From Candidatus Poriferihabitaceae bacterium (GTDB lineage Bacteria > Pseudomonadota > Gammaproteobacteria > Arenicellales > Poriferihabitantaceae): 64,000 nucleotides of DNA. The notes below the pieces were generated by a model. It searched no databases and had not been told where the DNA came from. It worked only from the letters and a program-made list of their open reading frames with translations. Of the stretch, positions 19,033 to 30,547 are shown piece after piece. Position numbers and translations under genes: made by a program. Location: the NCBI GenBank assembly GCA_965243285.1, contig OZ251537.1, positions 2,057,019-2,121,018 on the forward strand. Direction: 5' to 3'. Position 1 is the stretch's first letter, and each line of letters begins with the position of its first letter.

Positions 19033-21309
19033 TTACTTCACCACCGTAGCGATGGTTTGGGCTTGGCGAAAACCGCGCGGCAGGAAGCGGCCGCGTTGCG
19101 CGCGGTGGCCGAGATAGGTCTCGTAACTGGCGGGTTTTAGGGTGAGGTGGCGACGGCCGGCGGTGATGCGCAAGCGGTCGCCGGGGCGGAAAATGGCTAC
19201 ATCGAGCACGCTTTCGGCGGCGCTGGGGTGTTTGGCGGGCGGAATGTTGATCAACTTGAGGCCCTTGCCCTTGGCCATGCGGGTGAGTTCATCCACCTTG
19301 AAAATTAGCAGGCGACCGACATCGGTCATGACGGCCACGGAATCGGTGGCGTAGTCGAACACCGCGCGCGGCGTTAATGCGGTGCTTGCCTCGGCCACGC
19401 GCAGGGCGGCGCGGCCGGCTTTTTTGTGGGCGTGCAAATCCCCCAAGCGCGCCACGAAGCCGTACCCGGCGGCGCTGCACAGCAAGTAGTCGGCCTCCGC
19501 GGCGCCCATCATCAAGCCGCAAAAAACCGCGCCGGGCTGGGGGCTGAAATGGCTGCTCAGCGGCTCGCCGACGCCGCGCGCCGAGGGCAGGGCGCGCGGT
19601 GCCAGGGCGTAACTGCGGCCGGTGGAATCCAAGGCGATGAGCAAATCATTGGTTTTGCCGCGCACCGCGCACAAGTAACTATCGCCGGTTTTGTAGCTGA
19701 GCGCGGCGGCGTCCACATCCAAACCCTTGGCGGCGCGAATCCAGCCCTTGTGGGACAAAATCACCGTGATCGGCTCCACCGGCGTTAATTCTTCACTGCG
19801 CATGGCTTGGGCGGCGCGACGTTGCGCCAGCGGCGAGCGCCGCGCATCGCCGAAAGTTTCGGCATCGGCTAACAATTCATCGCGCACCAGCGCCGCGAGT
19901 TTTTTTTTCGATTTAAGCAATGCCGCCAAGCGCTTTTTTTCGGGCTGCAATTGCTTTTGTTCGCGGCGGATTTTTATCTCCTCGAGTTTGGCCAAGCGCC
20001 GCAGTTTTAACTCCAAAATGGCCTCGGCTTGGGCTTCGCTTAAATCAAAACGCGCCATCAACGCCGGTTGCGGCGCATCCTCGGCGCGGATGATGCGAAT
20101 CACCTCATCGATATTGAGGAAGGCTACCAGCAAGCCGTCCAATAGGTGCAGCCGCTGCACCACTTGCGCCAAGCGGAAGGTTAGGCGCCGGGTCACGGTG
20201 GCTAAGCGATAGTCGAGCCATTGCGAGAGCAAGGTTTTGAGATCGAACACCGCCGGGCGGCCGTCTAGGCCGATGATGTTGAGGTTGACGCGATAACTGT
20301 GCTCGAGGTCGGTGGTGGCGAACAAGTGTTGCATCAGCGCCTCGCAATCGACGCGATTGGAACGCACCTGCAGGGTGAGTCGGGTGGGGTTTTCGTGGTC
20401 GGATTCATCGCGAAAATCGGCCACCATAGGCAATTTTTTGGCCACCATTTGGGCCGCGATTTGCTCTTGAATTTTCGCCCCGGACACCTGATAGGGCAGG
20501 GCGGTTACGATGATGTCGCCGCCTTCGCGCCGCCACACCGCGCGCTGGCGCACCGAGCCGCCGCCGCTTTTGTAGATTTCGCGAATCTCATGCGGCGGCG
20601 TGATGATCTCGGCCTCGGTGGGAAAATCAGGCCCCTTGATGTGCTCGCACAGCGCCGCCAAATCCGCCGCCGGGTCTTCCAACAGACGAATGCAGGCGCT
20701 CACTACCTCGCGCAGATTGTGCGGCGGAATGTCGGTGGCCATACCCACGGCGATGCCGGTGCCGCCGTTTAGCAGCACATTCGGCAACCGCGCCGGCAGC
20801 AATTTGGGCTCTTGCAGCGTGCCGTCGAAATTCGGCGTCCACTCGGTGGTGCCTTGCTCGAGTTCGTCCAACAATAACTGCGCGTAGCGGGTCAGGCGGG
20901 ATTCGGTGTAGCGCATGGCGGCGAAGGATTTGGGGTCGTCCTGGCTGCCCCAGTTGCCCTGCCCATCCACTAACGGGTAGCGATAACTGAACGGCTGCGC
21001 CATCAACACCATGGCCTCGTAGCACGCGCTATCGCCGTGCGGGTGGAATTTGCCCAGCACATCGCCCACCGTGCGCGCCGATTTTTTGAATTTGGCGGTG
21101 GCGCGCAAGCCCAATTCGGACATCGCATAGACGATGCGGCGCTGCACCGGTTTTAGCCCATCGGCGAGGTTGGGCAAGGCGCGATCGAGAATCACATACA
21201 TCGAATAATTGAGGTAGGCGCGCTCGACAAATTCCGCCATGGGCAGTTGTTTGAGCGGCGGCGGCGGGTCCGCCGTGAGGCGCGCATGGCGCGGTCGCGA
21301 CTTCGACAT
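19033..21309 (-). CDS. parC: DNA topoisomerase IV subunit A
   Basis: 758 aa. N-terminus [33 protein letters not shown] and the active-site region AAMRYTE. Confidence 0.9.
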   Translation of the reverse strand: MSKSRPRHARLTADPPPPLKQLPMAEFVERAYLNYSMYVILDRALPNLADGLKPVQRRIVYAMSELGLRATAKFKKSARTVGDVLGKFHPHGDSACYEAMVLMAQPFSYRYPLVDGQGNWGSQDDPKSFAAMRYTESRLTRYAQLLLDELEQGTTEWTPNFDGTLQEPKLLPARLPNVLLNGGTGIAVGMATDIPPHNLREVVSACIRLLEDPAADLAALCEHIKGPDFPTEAEIITPPHEIREIYKSGGGSVRQRAVWRREGGDIIVTALPYQVSGAKIQEQIAAQMVAKKLPMVADFRDESDHENPTRLTLQVRSNRVDCEALMQHLFATTDLEHSYRVNLNIIGLDGRPAVFDLKTLLSQWLDYRLATVTRRLTFRLAQVVQRLHLLDGLLVAFLNIDEVIRIIRAEDAPQPALMARFDLSEAQAEAILELKLRRLAKLEEIKIRREQKQLQPEKKRLAALLKSKKKLAALVRDELLADAETFGDARRSPLAQRRAAQAMRSEELTPVEPITVILSHKGWIRAAKGLDVDAAALSYKTGDSYLCAVRGKTNDLLIALDSTGRSYALAPRALPSARGVGEPLSSHFSPQPGAVFCGLMMGAAEADYLLCSAAGYGFVARLGDLHAHKKAGRAALRVAEASTALTPRAVFDYATDSVAVMTDVGRLLIFKVDELTRMAKGKGLKLINIPPAKHPSAAESVLDVAIFRPGDRLRITAGRRHLTLKPASYETYLGHRAQRGRFLPRGFRQAQTIATVVK

Positions 21310-21374
21310 AAGGTTCTTTTAAGGCTTGCTCGGGCTGGAAAATCTAAAACAGCGAGAAAAAATCGACGGCGAAA

Positions 21375-21905
21375 TTATACGGCTCGATTCTGCAGCAACC
21401 TCGGCATCAGTTCGACCAGATTGCAGGGGCGGGTTCGGTAGTCGAGTTGCGGGCCGATTAATTTATCCCAAGCCAATCGACAGGCGGCGGTGGAGCCCGG
21501 CAGCACAAATACATAGGTGCCGCCGGCGACCCCGGCCATGGCGCGCGATTGGATGGTGGAGGCGCCGATGTCGTGGTACGAAAGCATGCGGAAAATTTCG
21601 CCGAAGCCATCTAAGGTTTTGTCCAATAGCGGCGCCACCGCCTCGGGGCTGCCGTCGCGACCAGTGACGCCGGTGCCGCCGGTGGTGATGATGGCGCCGA
21701 TGGCGGCGTCGGCCACCCAAGCGGCCGTAGCGGCGCGAATTTTGTGCACATCGTCTGGCAAGATGCATTTGTCCGCCAGACGGTGGCCGGCGGCGGTTAG
21801 GCGCTGCACTAAGGTGTGACCGGATTTGTCATCGGCCTCGATGCGGCTGTCCGAAGCGGTCAATATCGCGATGCTGACGGGAATCAGTTGTCTGGCGGTG
21901 GGCAT
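21375..21905 (-). CDS. moaB: Molybdenum cofactor biosynthesis protein B
   Basis: It resembles E. coli MoaB throughout as I remember it: IAILT.S..R, ITTGGTG.T.RD, GFGE.FR.LS, PGST.ACR.AW and RTRPCN. Confidence 0.8.
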   Translation of the reverse strand: MPTARQLIPVSIAILTASDSRIEADDKSGHTLVQRLTAAGHRLADKCILPDDVHKIRAATAAWVADAAIGAIITTGGTGVTGRDGSPEAVAPLLDKTLDGFGEIFRMLSYHDIGASTIQSRAMAGVAGGTYVFVLPGSTAACRLAWDKLIGPQLDYRTRPCNLVELMPRLLQNRAV

Positions 21906-22022
21906 GGGGGTTTGGTGGGGTGTTGGCGGCGGATTGGGGAGGTTAGCCGTATGTTAATGAGTCATGTTAATGGGCCTGAGTGGCGGCATAAATTGGTGTC
22001 TGGTTGGGTAAAATAAAGGGCG

Positions 22023-22647
22023 TTATGTATCTAAATTCCCATTATTAGATTGCTATTTGGGAGGATTTTGCTTTGGTTTTTGTTGTTGATGTTAATGCTT
22101 TGCTCCCCCATGCTTTTCAGGGGGGAGCCAAAACTGGCGACTTCATCGCCAGTTTTGGTGGGGGGTGCGTTTGATTTTGATTTTGGTTTTGGTTTTTGAT
22201 TTTGGTTTTTGATTTTGGTTTTTGATTTTGGTTTTTGATTTTGCTTTTGATGTTGCTTTTGATTTGGCTTTTGTTTCGCTCCCCCCCCGCTTCATCTGGG
22301 GGGAGTCAAATCTGTCCGAGCCGTTAGGCACGGGCTGATTTGGTGGGGGGCTGTTGCTTTTCGCTTTTGCTTTTCGCTGTTGCTTTTCGCTGTTGCTTTT
22401 CGCTTTTGCTTTTCGCTTTTCGCTGTTGCTTTTCGCTGTTGCTTTGCCTTTGACTTGGCTTTTGACTTGGCTGTTGCTTTTTACCTTCCCCCTCATTTGG
22501 GCTAATGAGTTAAAGATTTAAAGGCCAAAGCCAAAGCCAAAATCAAAGCCAAAATCAAAAGCAAATCAAAAGAGAAAATCAAAAGCAAACCATCTCGGGA
22601 ATTTAGGTATATAAATCCCTAATCAAGAGGTTTAGGTATATAAATCC
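22023..22647. repeat. Modular intergenic element, copy 4 (two cores, module C, duplicated AT-rich end)
   Basis: Cores at about 22100-22165 and 22265-22345. Module C at about 22489-22524. Right end gggaatttaggtatataaatccc plus a second tttaggtatataaatccc. Confidence 0.85.
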
Positions 22648-22757
22648 CAAAATAAACCGTGGGTTGCGCAGTAGAATCTAGACCATGCGATGAAAAATAG
22701 ACCAGGCGATGAAAAACGCCCAACTCAGCGGATTTGGCTTACATTAATGCTACAAAA

Positions 22758-23039
22758 ATGAGTATACAAGTTAAATGTTTTGGCAGTTTGCGGCAGCGAC
22801 TCGGGGTGGCGACGCTCGCCATCGAACATCGCCGTGGCATGACGGCGCGCGATGCGTGGACGATATTGTGCGCGCAAACCGCGTCGCCTGATTCGCCTGA
22901 TTCGTCTGATTTACATGGGGCCCCCGGGGCGCCGCCGGGGCATGTGTTGTGCGCGCGCAATCACGAATACGCGGCCTTCGAGCAAACCCTCGAAGATGGT
23001 GATGAAGTCGCATTTTTTCCGCCGGTGACCGGCGGTTAG
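22758..23039 (+). CDS. moaD: Molybdopterin synthase sulfur carrier subunit
   Basis: The C-terminal FFPPVTGG diglycine and its position upstream of moaE. It contains a low-complexity insert (SPDSPDSSD..GAPGAPPG). Confidence 0.8.
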   Translation: MSIQVKCFGSLRQRLGVATLAIEHRRGMTARDAWTILCAQTASPDSPDSSDLHGAPGAPPGHVLCARNHEYAAFEQTLEDGDEVAFFPPVTGG

Positions 23040-23068
23040 AGTCCGCCGCCGTAGCCGCCATTCGCCCC

Positions 23069-23503
23069 ATGCGCGTTCGCATCCTCACCGCCGAGTTCGC
23101 GCCTTGGCTTGAACTCAGCCGCTATGAATCCAGCCGCCTGACCGCCGGCGCGTTCGGCGCCTGCGCCGCCTTCGTCGGCACCATGCGCGATTTCAATGCC
23201 GGCCAGCCGGTCACCGCCATGGCGTTAGAGCATTATCCAGGCATGACCGAGCGCCAACTCAAGCGCCTGCTCGAAGATGCCATGGAGCGCCATGGTCTGT
23301 TAGATGCGTTGTTGCTGCACCGCGTCGGGGCGCTGCGTCCGGCCGACCCCATCGTGTTGCTCGCTGCTTGGTCGGCGCATCGCGCCGCGGCCTTCGCCGC
23401 CTGCATGGATATGATGGAAGCGCTGAAAAGCCGCGCCACTTTTTGGAAAAAAGAAACCTTAGCCGACGGCGAACGCTGGGTGGGGGGGAATACGCCAGGA
23501 TAA
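23069..23503 (+). CDS. moaE: Molybdopterin synthase catalytic subunit
   Basis: 144 aa with GA...F.G..RD, LEHYPGM and FWKKE motifs, directly after moaD. Confidence 0.85.
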   Translation: MRVRILTAEFAPWLELSRYESSRLTAGAFGACAAFVGTMRDFNAGQPVTAMALEHYPGMTERQLKRLLEDAMERHGLLDALLLHRVGALRPADPIVLLAAWSAHRAAAFAACMDMMEALKSRATFWKKETLADGERWVGGNTPG

Positions 23504-23553
23504 ACCGCCAGTTAACCGCGCCCATCAATATCAGCCATTCGATGCCAGCCCAG

Positions 23554-23653
23554 CGATATAAAACATCGACATAAAACATCGATATAAAACATCGACATAA
23601 AACATCGATATAAAACATCGATATAAAACATCGATATAAAACATCGACATAAA
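23554..23653. repeat. Tandem array of 7.7 units, exact 13 bp period (CGAYATAAAACAT)
   Basis: Read directly. Units alternate CGATAT and CGACAT. The array lies in the convergent intergenic space between moaE and the thioredoxin-like gene. Confidence 0.9.
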
Positions 23654-23741
23654 TTTAATCGACACCAGTCCATAACCATCCGCCCATGGACTGAAAAAAC
23701 CGGCGCTTGCGCCATAAATTCTCCCCCATCACCCATCCCAA

Positions 23742-24275
23742 TCACCACAGCGGCGCCAGTGCTTGGTCTAAATCTTGCGCCGAGAGTTGGCCGAGTTGGG
23801 CATGGGCGAGGTTGCCGGCGCGGTCGAAAAAGGCGGTGAACGGCAAGGCGCCGCGGTGGTTGCCCTGTTGCCGCATGAGGGCGTCGCCGCCGCTGATGGC
23901 GACCAATGAGGGGTAGTTGATGCCGGCGCTGTCGCCGAACACGCGGGCGTCATCTAAGTGGTCGTGGGCGATGCCGATGATTTGCAAGCCGCGCCCGCCA
24001 AAGCGGTGTTGGTAGTCCACCAGCAGCGGAATTTCCTCGCGGCACGGCGGACACCAAGTGGCCCAGTGATTCACCACCACCACCTGGCCGCGCCATTCGT
24101 CGCCGTGGCGGAGGTTTTTGTCGATGTCGGGTAAGCTGATTTGCGCCACGGTGGCGATGGATTGAAGCGGCGCCGCCGACCGCCCGCCGACATAAGCGCC
24201 GAGCGCCAAAGCCAGCCCGGCTAAGGCAAACACGCCGCCGATTCTCCAGGCCGGGCTGATGGCGGGGAAATTCAC
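23742..24275 (-). CDS. TlpA/ResA-like periplasmic thiol:disulfide oxidoreductase
   Basis: N-terminal anchor helix, thioredoxin motif WATWCPPCREEIP, and a 4 nt overlap with the dsbD stop. Confidence 0.75.
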   Translation of the reverse strand: MNFPAISPAWRIGGVFALAGLALALGAYVGGRSAAPLQSIATVAQISLPDIDKNLRHGDEWRGQVVVVNHWATWCPPCREEIPLLVDYQHRFGGRGLQIIGIAHDHLDDARVFGDSAGINYPSLVAISGGDALMRQQGNHRGALPFTAFFDRAGNLAHAQLGQLSAQDLDQALAPLW

Positions 24276-26278
24276 GCGGGCGGGCTTGCTGATGGCGCGA
24301 TGATGGCGCGCAGCAGGGCGAGGAATTGCTCGGCGCTGCGATAGCCGTAAAAATGCACCTCAGTGAGTTCGCCGCCATCGCGGTCGAAAAACAACAGTGC
24401 CGGCGGCCCGAACACCTGGAAGCGTTGTTTCAGCGCTTGGGCGGCGGCGTCGCGCGGCTCGGTCACATCCACTTGCAGCAAGATAAAGTGCTGGCGCAGA
24501 ATATCGCGCACGCGCGGGTCGGCGAAGGTGGCTTCCATGCGCACGCAATCCACGCACCATTGCGCGTAATAATCTAACAACACCCATTTATTGGCGGCCG
24601 CGGCGCGGGCGAAATGTTGGTCGAGTTCGGCGCTGCTGGCGACGCGGGTGAATGGCGTCGCATGGAGGCGCGGAATCTCCGGCGAGGCGATAAAAACCCA
24701 CTGCGCCGGCCATGGTTTTAGCACCTCCCGCGCCCCGAACAACCCGCCCACGGAGGCCAGCGCGCCCCACGCCGCCAACGCTACGGCCAGGCACTGCATG
24801 GCGTAGCGCCAGCCGCCGGCCGCCGCCGACCGCGCCCATCGCCATACATACACCCCGAGGCCTAACAACCCCCCTCCCCACAGCAGCAGCGCCGGCAGCG
24901 CTGGCTGGGTGCTGAGCAAATAAATCGCCACGCCGACCAACATGATGCCAAACAGGTGATTTACGCGCCCCATCCACGCCCCGGCCTTGGGCAACAGGTG
25001 GCCGGCGCCGAGACCTAACGCCAGCAGCGGCACGCCCATGCCGAGCGCCATGGCGGTCATCATGCGCGCACCCATCCATGGATCGCCGGCGGCGATGGCG
25101 AGGCCGAGGAAGGAGATGAGCAGCGGCGACACGCACGCCCCGACCACCGCCGCCGAGGCCACGCCGAGCGCGAACACCAGCGGCAAGGAGCCGTGCAGGG
25201 CGCGTGTTTTGGTCGTTATGGCGGATTGAAGGCGCGCCGGCAACTGGATTCTCAACCGCCCGAACATGGCCGTCGCCATGAGTAGCAAGACCGCCGCCAA
25301 GCCGCCCACAGCCCATATATTCTGAAAATAGGCCTGCAATTGCGCGCCAGCGGCGCCAGCTAACGCCCCCATGGCGGCGTACACGAGCATCGTGCCGGAC
25401 ACATAGGCGAGCGCCAACATGCTGCCCCTGGCGCGGGTGATGGTGGCGCCGTGGCCGACCAAGATGGCCGACAAAATCGGCACCATGGGCAACACGCATG
25501 GCGTAAAAGTCAACAATAATCCGGCGATAAAGGCACCAATTAAAATTTTTAGCGGTGAGGGGGCAATGGCTGGGGCGACGGCTGGGGCGACGGCTGGGGC
25601 GATGGCTGGGGCGATGGTCTGGTTGATGGTCGGCGGCGGAAAATCCCCCGCCGGCGTGATTTGGGGTAAATTTTTAGGTAAATTTTTCGATAAATCCAGG
25701 GCGTAAGTTTTGCTCACCGGCGCATAGCAAATGCCGCCGTCGGCGCACCCTTGATAGGTGGCGATGAGGCGTGTCGCGGCCTGGGTTGCGCCCGTCAGCA
25801 CCATGGGAGCCGAAAAATTATGCTTGAAAACCGCCATTTCGCCGAAATAGGCATCGGTTTTGAGTTCGCCCGGCGGCAATTGCACCGCCACTTGAGTCGC
25901 TGATGTCGGTGCACTGGCGGATTCTGCGGATTCTGCGGATTCGGTCGCCTCAGCCCCCTCGACATGAAACCCGATTTTGCTACGATATAGATAGTAGCCA
26001 GCGGCGATGTCGAAGGTCGCGCTGAGGTGATTGCCATCTACCGCCTCGATGCGCAAGCGAAAGGCCTCATCCACATCGAGAAATTCCGCCGGGGTGTAGC
26101 GCGCGCCGAGCAGGGCGCGAAATTTCGCCGCCGCTTGCGCGGAGTCGGTGACCGATTCGCCGCTGGCGTGCGCGTCGTCGCCATGGCTGGCATAGGCCAC
26201 GCCGGCCACGCCAGCGCCGGCCACGCCAGCGCCGGCCACGCATAATCCCAAGGCGCAAAAATAGGCGGCGGATTTCAT
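24272..26278 (-). CDS. dsbD: Thiol:disulfide interchange protein DsbD
   Basis: N-terminal periplasmic domain, multi-TM core (FTPCVLPMVPILS) and C-terminal thioredoxin domain (YAQWCVDCVRME). The start is set at MKSAAYF (26278); the track ORF extends to 26332. Confidence 0.85.
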   Translation of the reverse strand: MKSAAYFCALGLCVAGAGVAGAGVAGVAYASHGDDAHASGESVTDSAQAAAKFRALLGARYTPAEFLDVDEAFRLRIEAVDGNHLSATFDIAAGYYLYRSKIGFHVEGAEATESAESAESASAPTSATQVAVQLPPGELKTDAYFGEMAVFKHNFSAPMVLTGATQAATRLIATYQGCADGGICYAPVSKTYALDLSKNLPKNLPQITPAGDFPPPTINQTIAPAIAPAVAPAVAPAIAPSPLKILIGAFIAGLLLTFTPCVLPMVPILSAILVGHGATITRARGSMLALAYVSGTMLVYAAMGALAGAAGAQLQAYFQNIWAVGGLAAVLLLMATAMFGRLRIQLPARLQSAITTKTRALHGSLPLVFALGVASAAVVGACVSPLLISFLGLAIAAGDPWMGARMMTAMALGMGVPLLALGLGAGHLLPKAGAWMGRVNHLFGIMLVGVAIYLLSTQPALPALLLWGGGLLGLGVYVWRWARSAAAGGWRYAMQCLAVALAAWGALASVGGLFGAREVLKPWPAQWVFIASPEIPRLHATPFTRVASSAELDQHFARAAAANKWVLLDYYAQWCVDCVRMEATFADPRVRDILRQHFILLQVDVTEPRDAAAQALKQRFQVFGPPALLFFDRDGGELTEVHFYGYRSAEQFLALLRAIIAPSASPPA

Positions 26279-26533
26279 GGTAACGGCGCTTAAATCCATG
26301 GCCCGCAAGTAGACATCGCGAAAATATTTCAAGGGGGTTGCAATGAGGGTGGCGGGAGGCGGGGCGCAGATTATGCCCCAAGCGCGTTATCTGTACATTA
26401 ATATGTTCATCCACATGCGCATTAAGTATGTTCATTAATATATTTGGCCAGTTGCGGCGCAGCATCATGTTGCGATGATTTTTTTCGCCGACCACGCCGC
26501 CTGCGCCCAGCCGGCAGTGCTACAATAGCGGCG

Positions 26534-27001
26534 ATGAAATTCGTGCTCATATTTCTCGCCACCCCGGTGGTGGAACTTTATTTTTTAATCAAGGTGGGCG
26601 GCGTGCTCGGCGCCGGCCCGACCATCGCGCTGGTGCTATTGACCGCCGCCGCCGGCGTTTTTTTGGTGCGCGCGCAAGGTTTGTCGGCCGTCATGCGGGT
26701 GCAAAAACTGCTCGCCGCCGGGCAATCGCCAGCGCTGGAAATGTTAGAAGGGATGCTGCTGTTTATCGCCGGCGCCATGTTGTTGGTGCCAGGTTTTTTC
26801 ACCGACGCCATCGGCTTCGCCTTGCTCACGCCGCCGCTGCGCCGTCGCCTAATTCATTATGGAATCGAGCGCTGGCGGCGCGATGGCAGCATCATCATCG
26901 AGGGCGAGGTTGTGCGCAAGTCGGGGCGCGAACATCCGAATCGCCCGGCGATTGAGGCCGATTACCGGGAGGTACGCTCGAAATCCGCCGATTCAGATTA
27001 G
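26534..27001 (+). CDS. fxsA: FxsA family inner-membrane protein
   Basis: MKFVLIFL...ELYFLIKVG..LG and LLVPGFFTDAIGFALLTPP parallel E. coli FxsA. fxsA-groESL synteny is present. The start is the ATG at 26534. Confidence 0.75.
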   Translation: MKFVLIFLATPVVELYFLIKVGGVLGAGPTIALVLLTAAAGVFLVRAQGLSAVMRVQKLLAAGQSPALEMLEGMLLFIAGAMLLVPGFFTDAIGFALLTPPLRRRLIHYGIERWRRDGSIIIEGEVVRKSGREHPNRPAIEADYREVRSKSADSD

Positions 27002-27153
27002 CCGATTCAAAATTCAAGCGGATTAGTAGGATTAATGGAATTGGGCGCCGGCCGGTCAGCCGTTCGCTGCCCCGCCGTTTGCTGGTTCGACCCCGCCGGC
27101 CCAAGGCGGCGACAAAATCGCGAAGTTTTTATCATTTAATCGCCGATTAGGGA

Positions 27154-27207
27154 TTGATTTTTTTAATCTCGGCATTATGATTAGCACTCACTTGCGGCGA
27201 GTGCTAA
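27154..27207 (+). promoter_or_regulatory. Sigma70-type promoter (TTGATT-16 nt-TATGAT) followed by a perfect CIRCE operator (27181-27207)
   Basis: TTAGCACTC-acttgcggc-GAGTGCTAA matches the CIRCE consensus TTAGCACTC-N9-GAGTGCTAA exactly. It begins at the last base of the putative -10, 77 nt upstream of the groES ATG. Confidence 0.85.
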
Positions 27208-27283
27208 CAAAACGCTGTTGCCAGTTGGCGGCGCCGTATTTTCATTCCCATTTCACCCACTTTTATCTGGAGAATCCTGCTTT

Positions 27284-27574
27284 ATGAACATCCGTCCGCT
27301 TCATGACCGCGTGGTCGTTCGCCGTATCGAAGACGAGCGCACCAGCCCAGGGGGCATCGTCATCCCCGATTCCGCCGCTGAAAAACCCATGCAAGGGGAA
27401 GTTATCGCCGTCGGCAATGGCAAAGTGCTCGACAACGGCGAACAGCGCGGCCTCGATGTCAAAGCCGGCGACAAAGTACTGTTCGGTAAATACTCCGGCA
27501 CCGAAGTCAAGGTCGATGGCGAGGAAGTATTGGTGATGCGCGAAGACGACATCATGGGCGTCATCGTCGCCTAA
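27284..27574 (+). CDS. groES: Co-chaperonin GroES
   Basis: [14 protein letters not shown]...[21 protein letters not shown]. The start is the ATG at 27284. Confidence 0.95.
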   Translation: MNIRPLHDRVVVRRIEDERTSPGGIVIPDSAAEKPMQGEVIAVGNGKVLDNGEQRGLDVKAGDKVLFGKYSGTEVKVDGEEVLVMREDDIMGVIVA

Positions 27575-27636
27575 CCCGAGCGCTTGTGCGATTTTTCCGC
27601 TCCATCCATTCCAACCGAAAATTTTTGAGGATTTAA

Positions 27637-29283
<1,647 letters not shown>

Positions 29284-29354
29284 GTCGCCATTAACATGAG
29301 GCTGCAAACCATGTGGTCGTAAACATGTGGTTTTGAACATGTGGTTGTGAAGAA

Positions 29355-29384
29355 GAGACCCCGCTTAGTCGGGGTCTTTTTTTT
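29355..29384 (+). terminator. Rho-independent terminator after groEL
   Basis: gaccccg-cttagt-cggggtc followed by T8. The modular element starts directly after the T-run. Confidence 0.8.
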
Positions 29385-30106
29385 GGGATTTATATATCTA
29401 AATCTGCACGGTGGGGTTGGTTTTTGCTGTTGCTGTTGCTGTTGCTGTTGCTTTTGCTGTTGCTGTTGCTGTTGCTTTTGCTTTTGCTGTTGCTGTTAAT
29501 GCTTTGCTCCACCCTATCTTTTTAGGGGGGAGCCAAAACTGGCGGTTTCATCGCCAGTTTTGGTGGGGGGTGCGTTTGATTTTGATTTTGATTTTCGCTT
29601 TGATTTTCGCTTTGGCTTTCGCTTTGGCTTTGGCTTTGGCTTTGGCTTTCGCTTTCGCTTTGGCTTTTGGCTTTGGCTTTGGCTTTTGGCTTTTGGCTTT
29701 TGGCTTTTGGCTTTTGTTTTACTCCCCCCCGCTTCATCTGGGGGGAGTCAAATCTGTCCGAGCCGATAGGCTCGGGCTGATTTGGTGGGGGGCTTTTGTT
29801 TTTCGCTTTTGACTTGGCTTTTGACTTGGCTTTTGGTTTTTACTTTCCCCCTCATTTGGTCTAATGAGTTGAAGATTTAAAGGCAAAAGCAAAAAGACCA
29901 ACATCAACAGTCCCCCCACCAAATCAGGCGATAAAGCCGCCTGATTTGACTCCCCCCAGAAAAAGCTAAGGTGGAGTAAAACGTTAAAAGCCAAAGTCAA
30001 AAGCTAAAAGCAAAAGCAAAAGTCAAAAGCCAAACGCAGCCCCCTAAATCAGGCGCTGACCTCAAAAAAACGCCAATCGAACTGCAGATTTAGGACTATA
30101 AATCCC
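29385..30106. mobile_element. Modular intergenic element, copy 5: the most complete (archetype) copy, bounded by AT-rich terminal inverted repeats (MITE-like)
   Basis: Left end gggatttatatatctaaatctgcacggtgg. Right end ctgcagatttaggactataaatccc. Three cores (about 29500-29570 +, 29715-29790 +, 29910-29985 -). Module C at 29846-29881. A T-run is present on both flanks. Confidence 0.7.
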
Positions 30107-30547
30107 TTTTTTTGGGATTCAGATAGTTGTATTTTCTTCGATTGGGCGCGTCGTCACCACTGGGGCTGAGAAAACATCACTAAGTAGACCTCCCCCAAAT
30201 TTTGTTTGGCGGGGGGGTAGCAACCGCAGGCTGGGTCGGCTGTGGTAGTATGGGGATTGGAATCAAGGATAGATGCCGATATGCGCCGGATACTGCGCCG
30301 TTTTACTCACTGGGTCACAGGACGATGGCCGCCGGCCGCCGATGCTTGTGCCTTACGCCATGCCGATGCGCGCGCAGCGGTTGAATCAGGTGTCCACTCA
30401 TCGGCTACGGCTTGCTCGCACCAATCTGGCGTCGATTCGGCTGGTTTTTTGGCTGAATCTGGCGGCGACTCGGTTGATTCGGCCAAATCCAGCGTCGACT
30501 CGGTTGCCGGCGGCGTAAACCCCACGGCCAGGGATTCGCCAGGCGGC

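Noticed and set aside
27208-27283. A sigma32 heat-shock promoter upstream of groES (a CCCATTT-like box at about 27247).
   Set aside because: The nearest TTG-containing -35 candidate is about 23 nt away, which is too far. The match to CTTGAAA-N13-15-CCCCATNT is poor. The sigma70 plus CIRCE arrangement explains the region.
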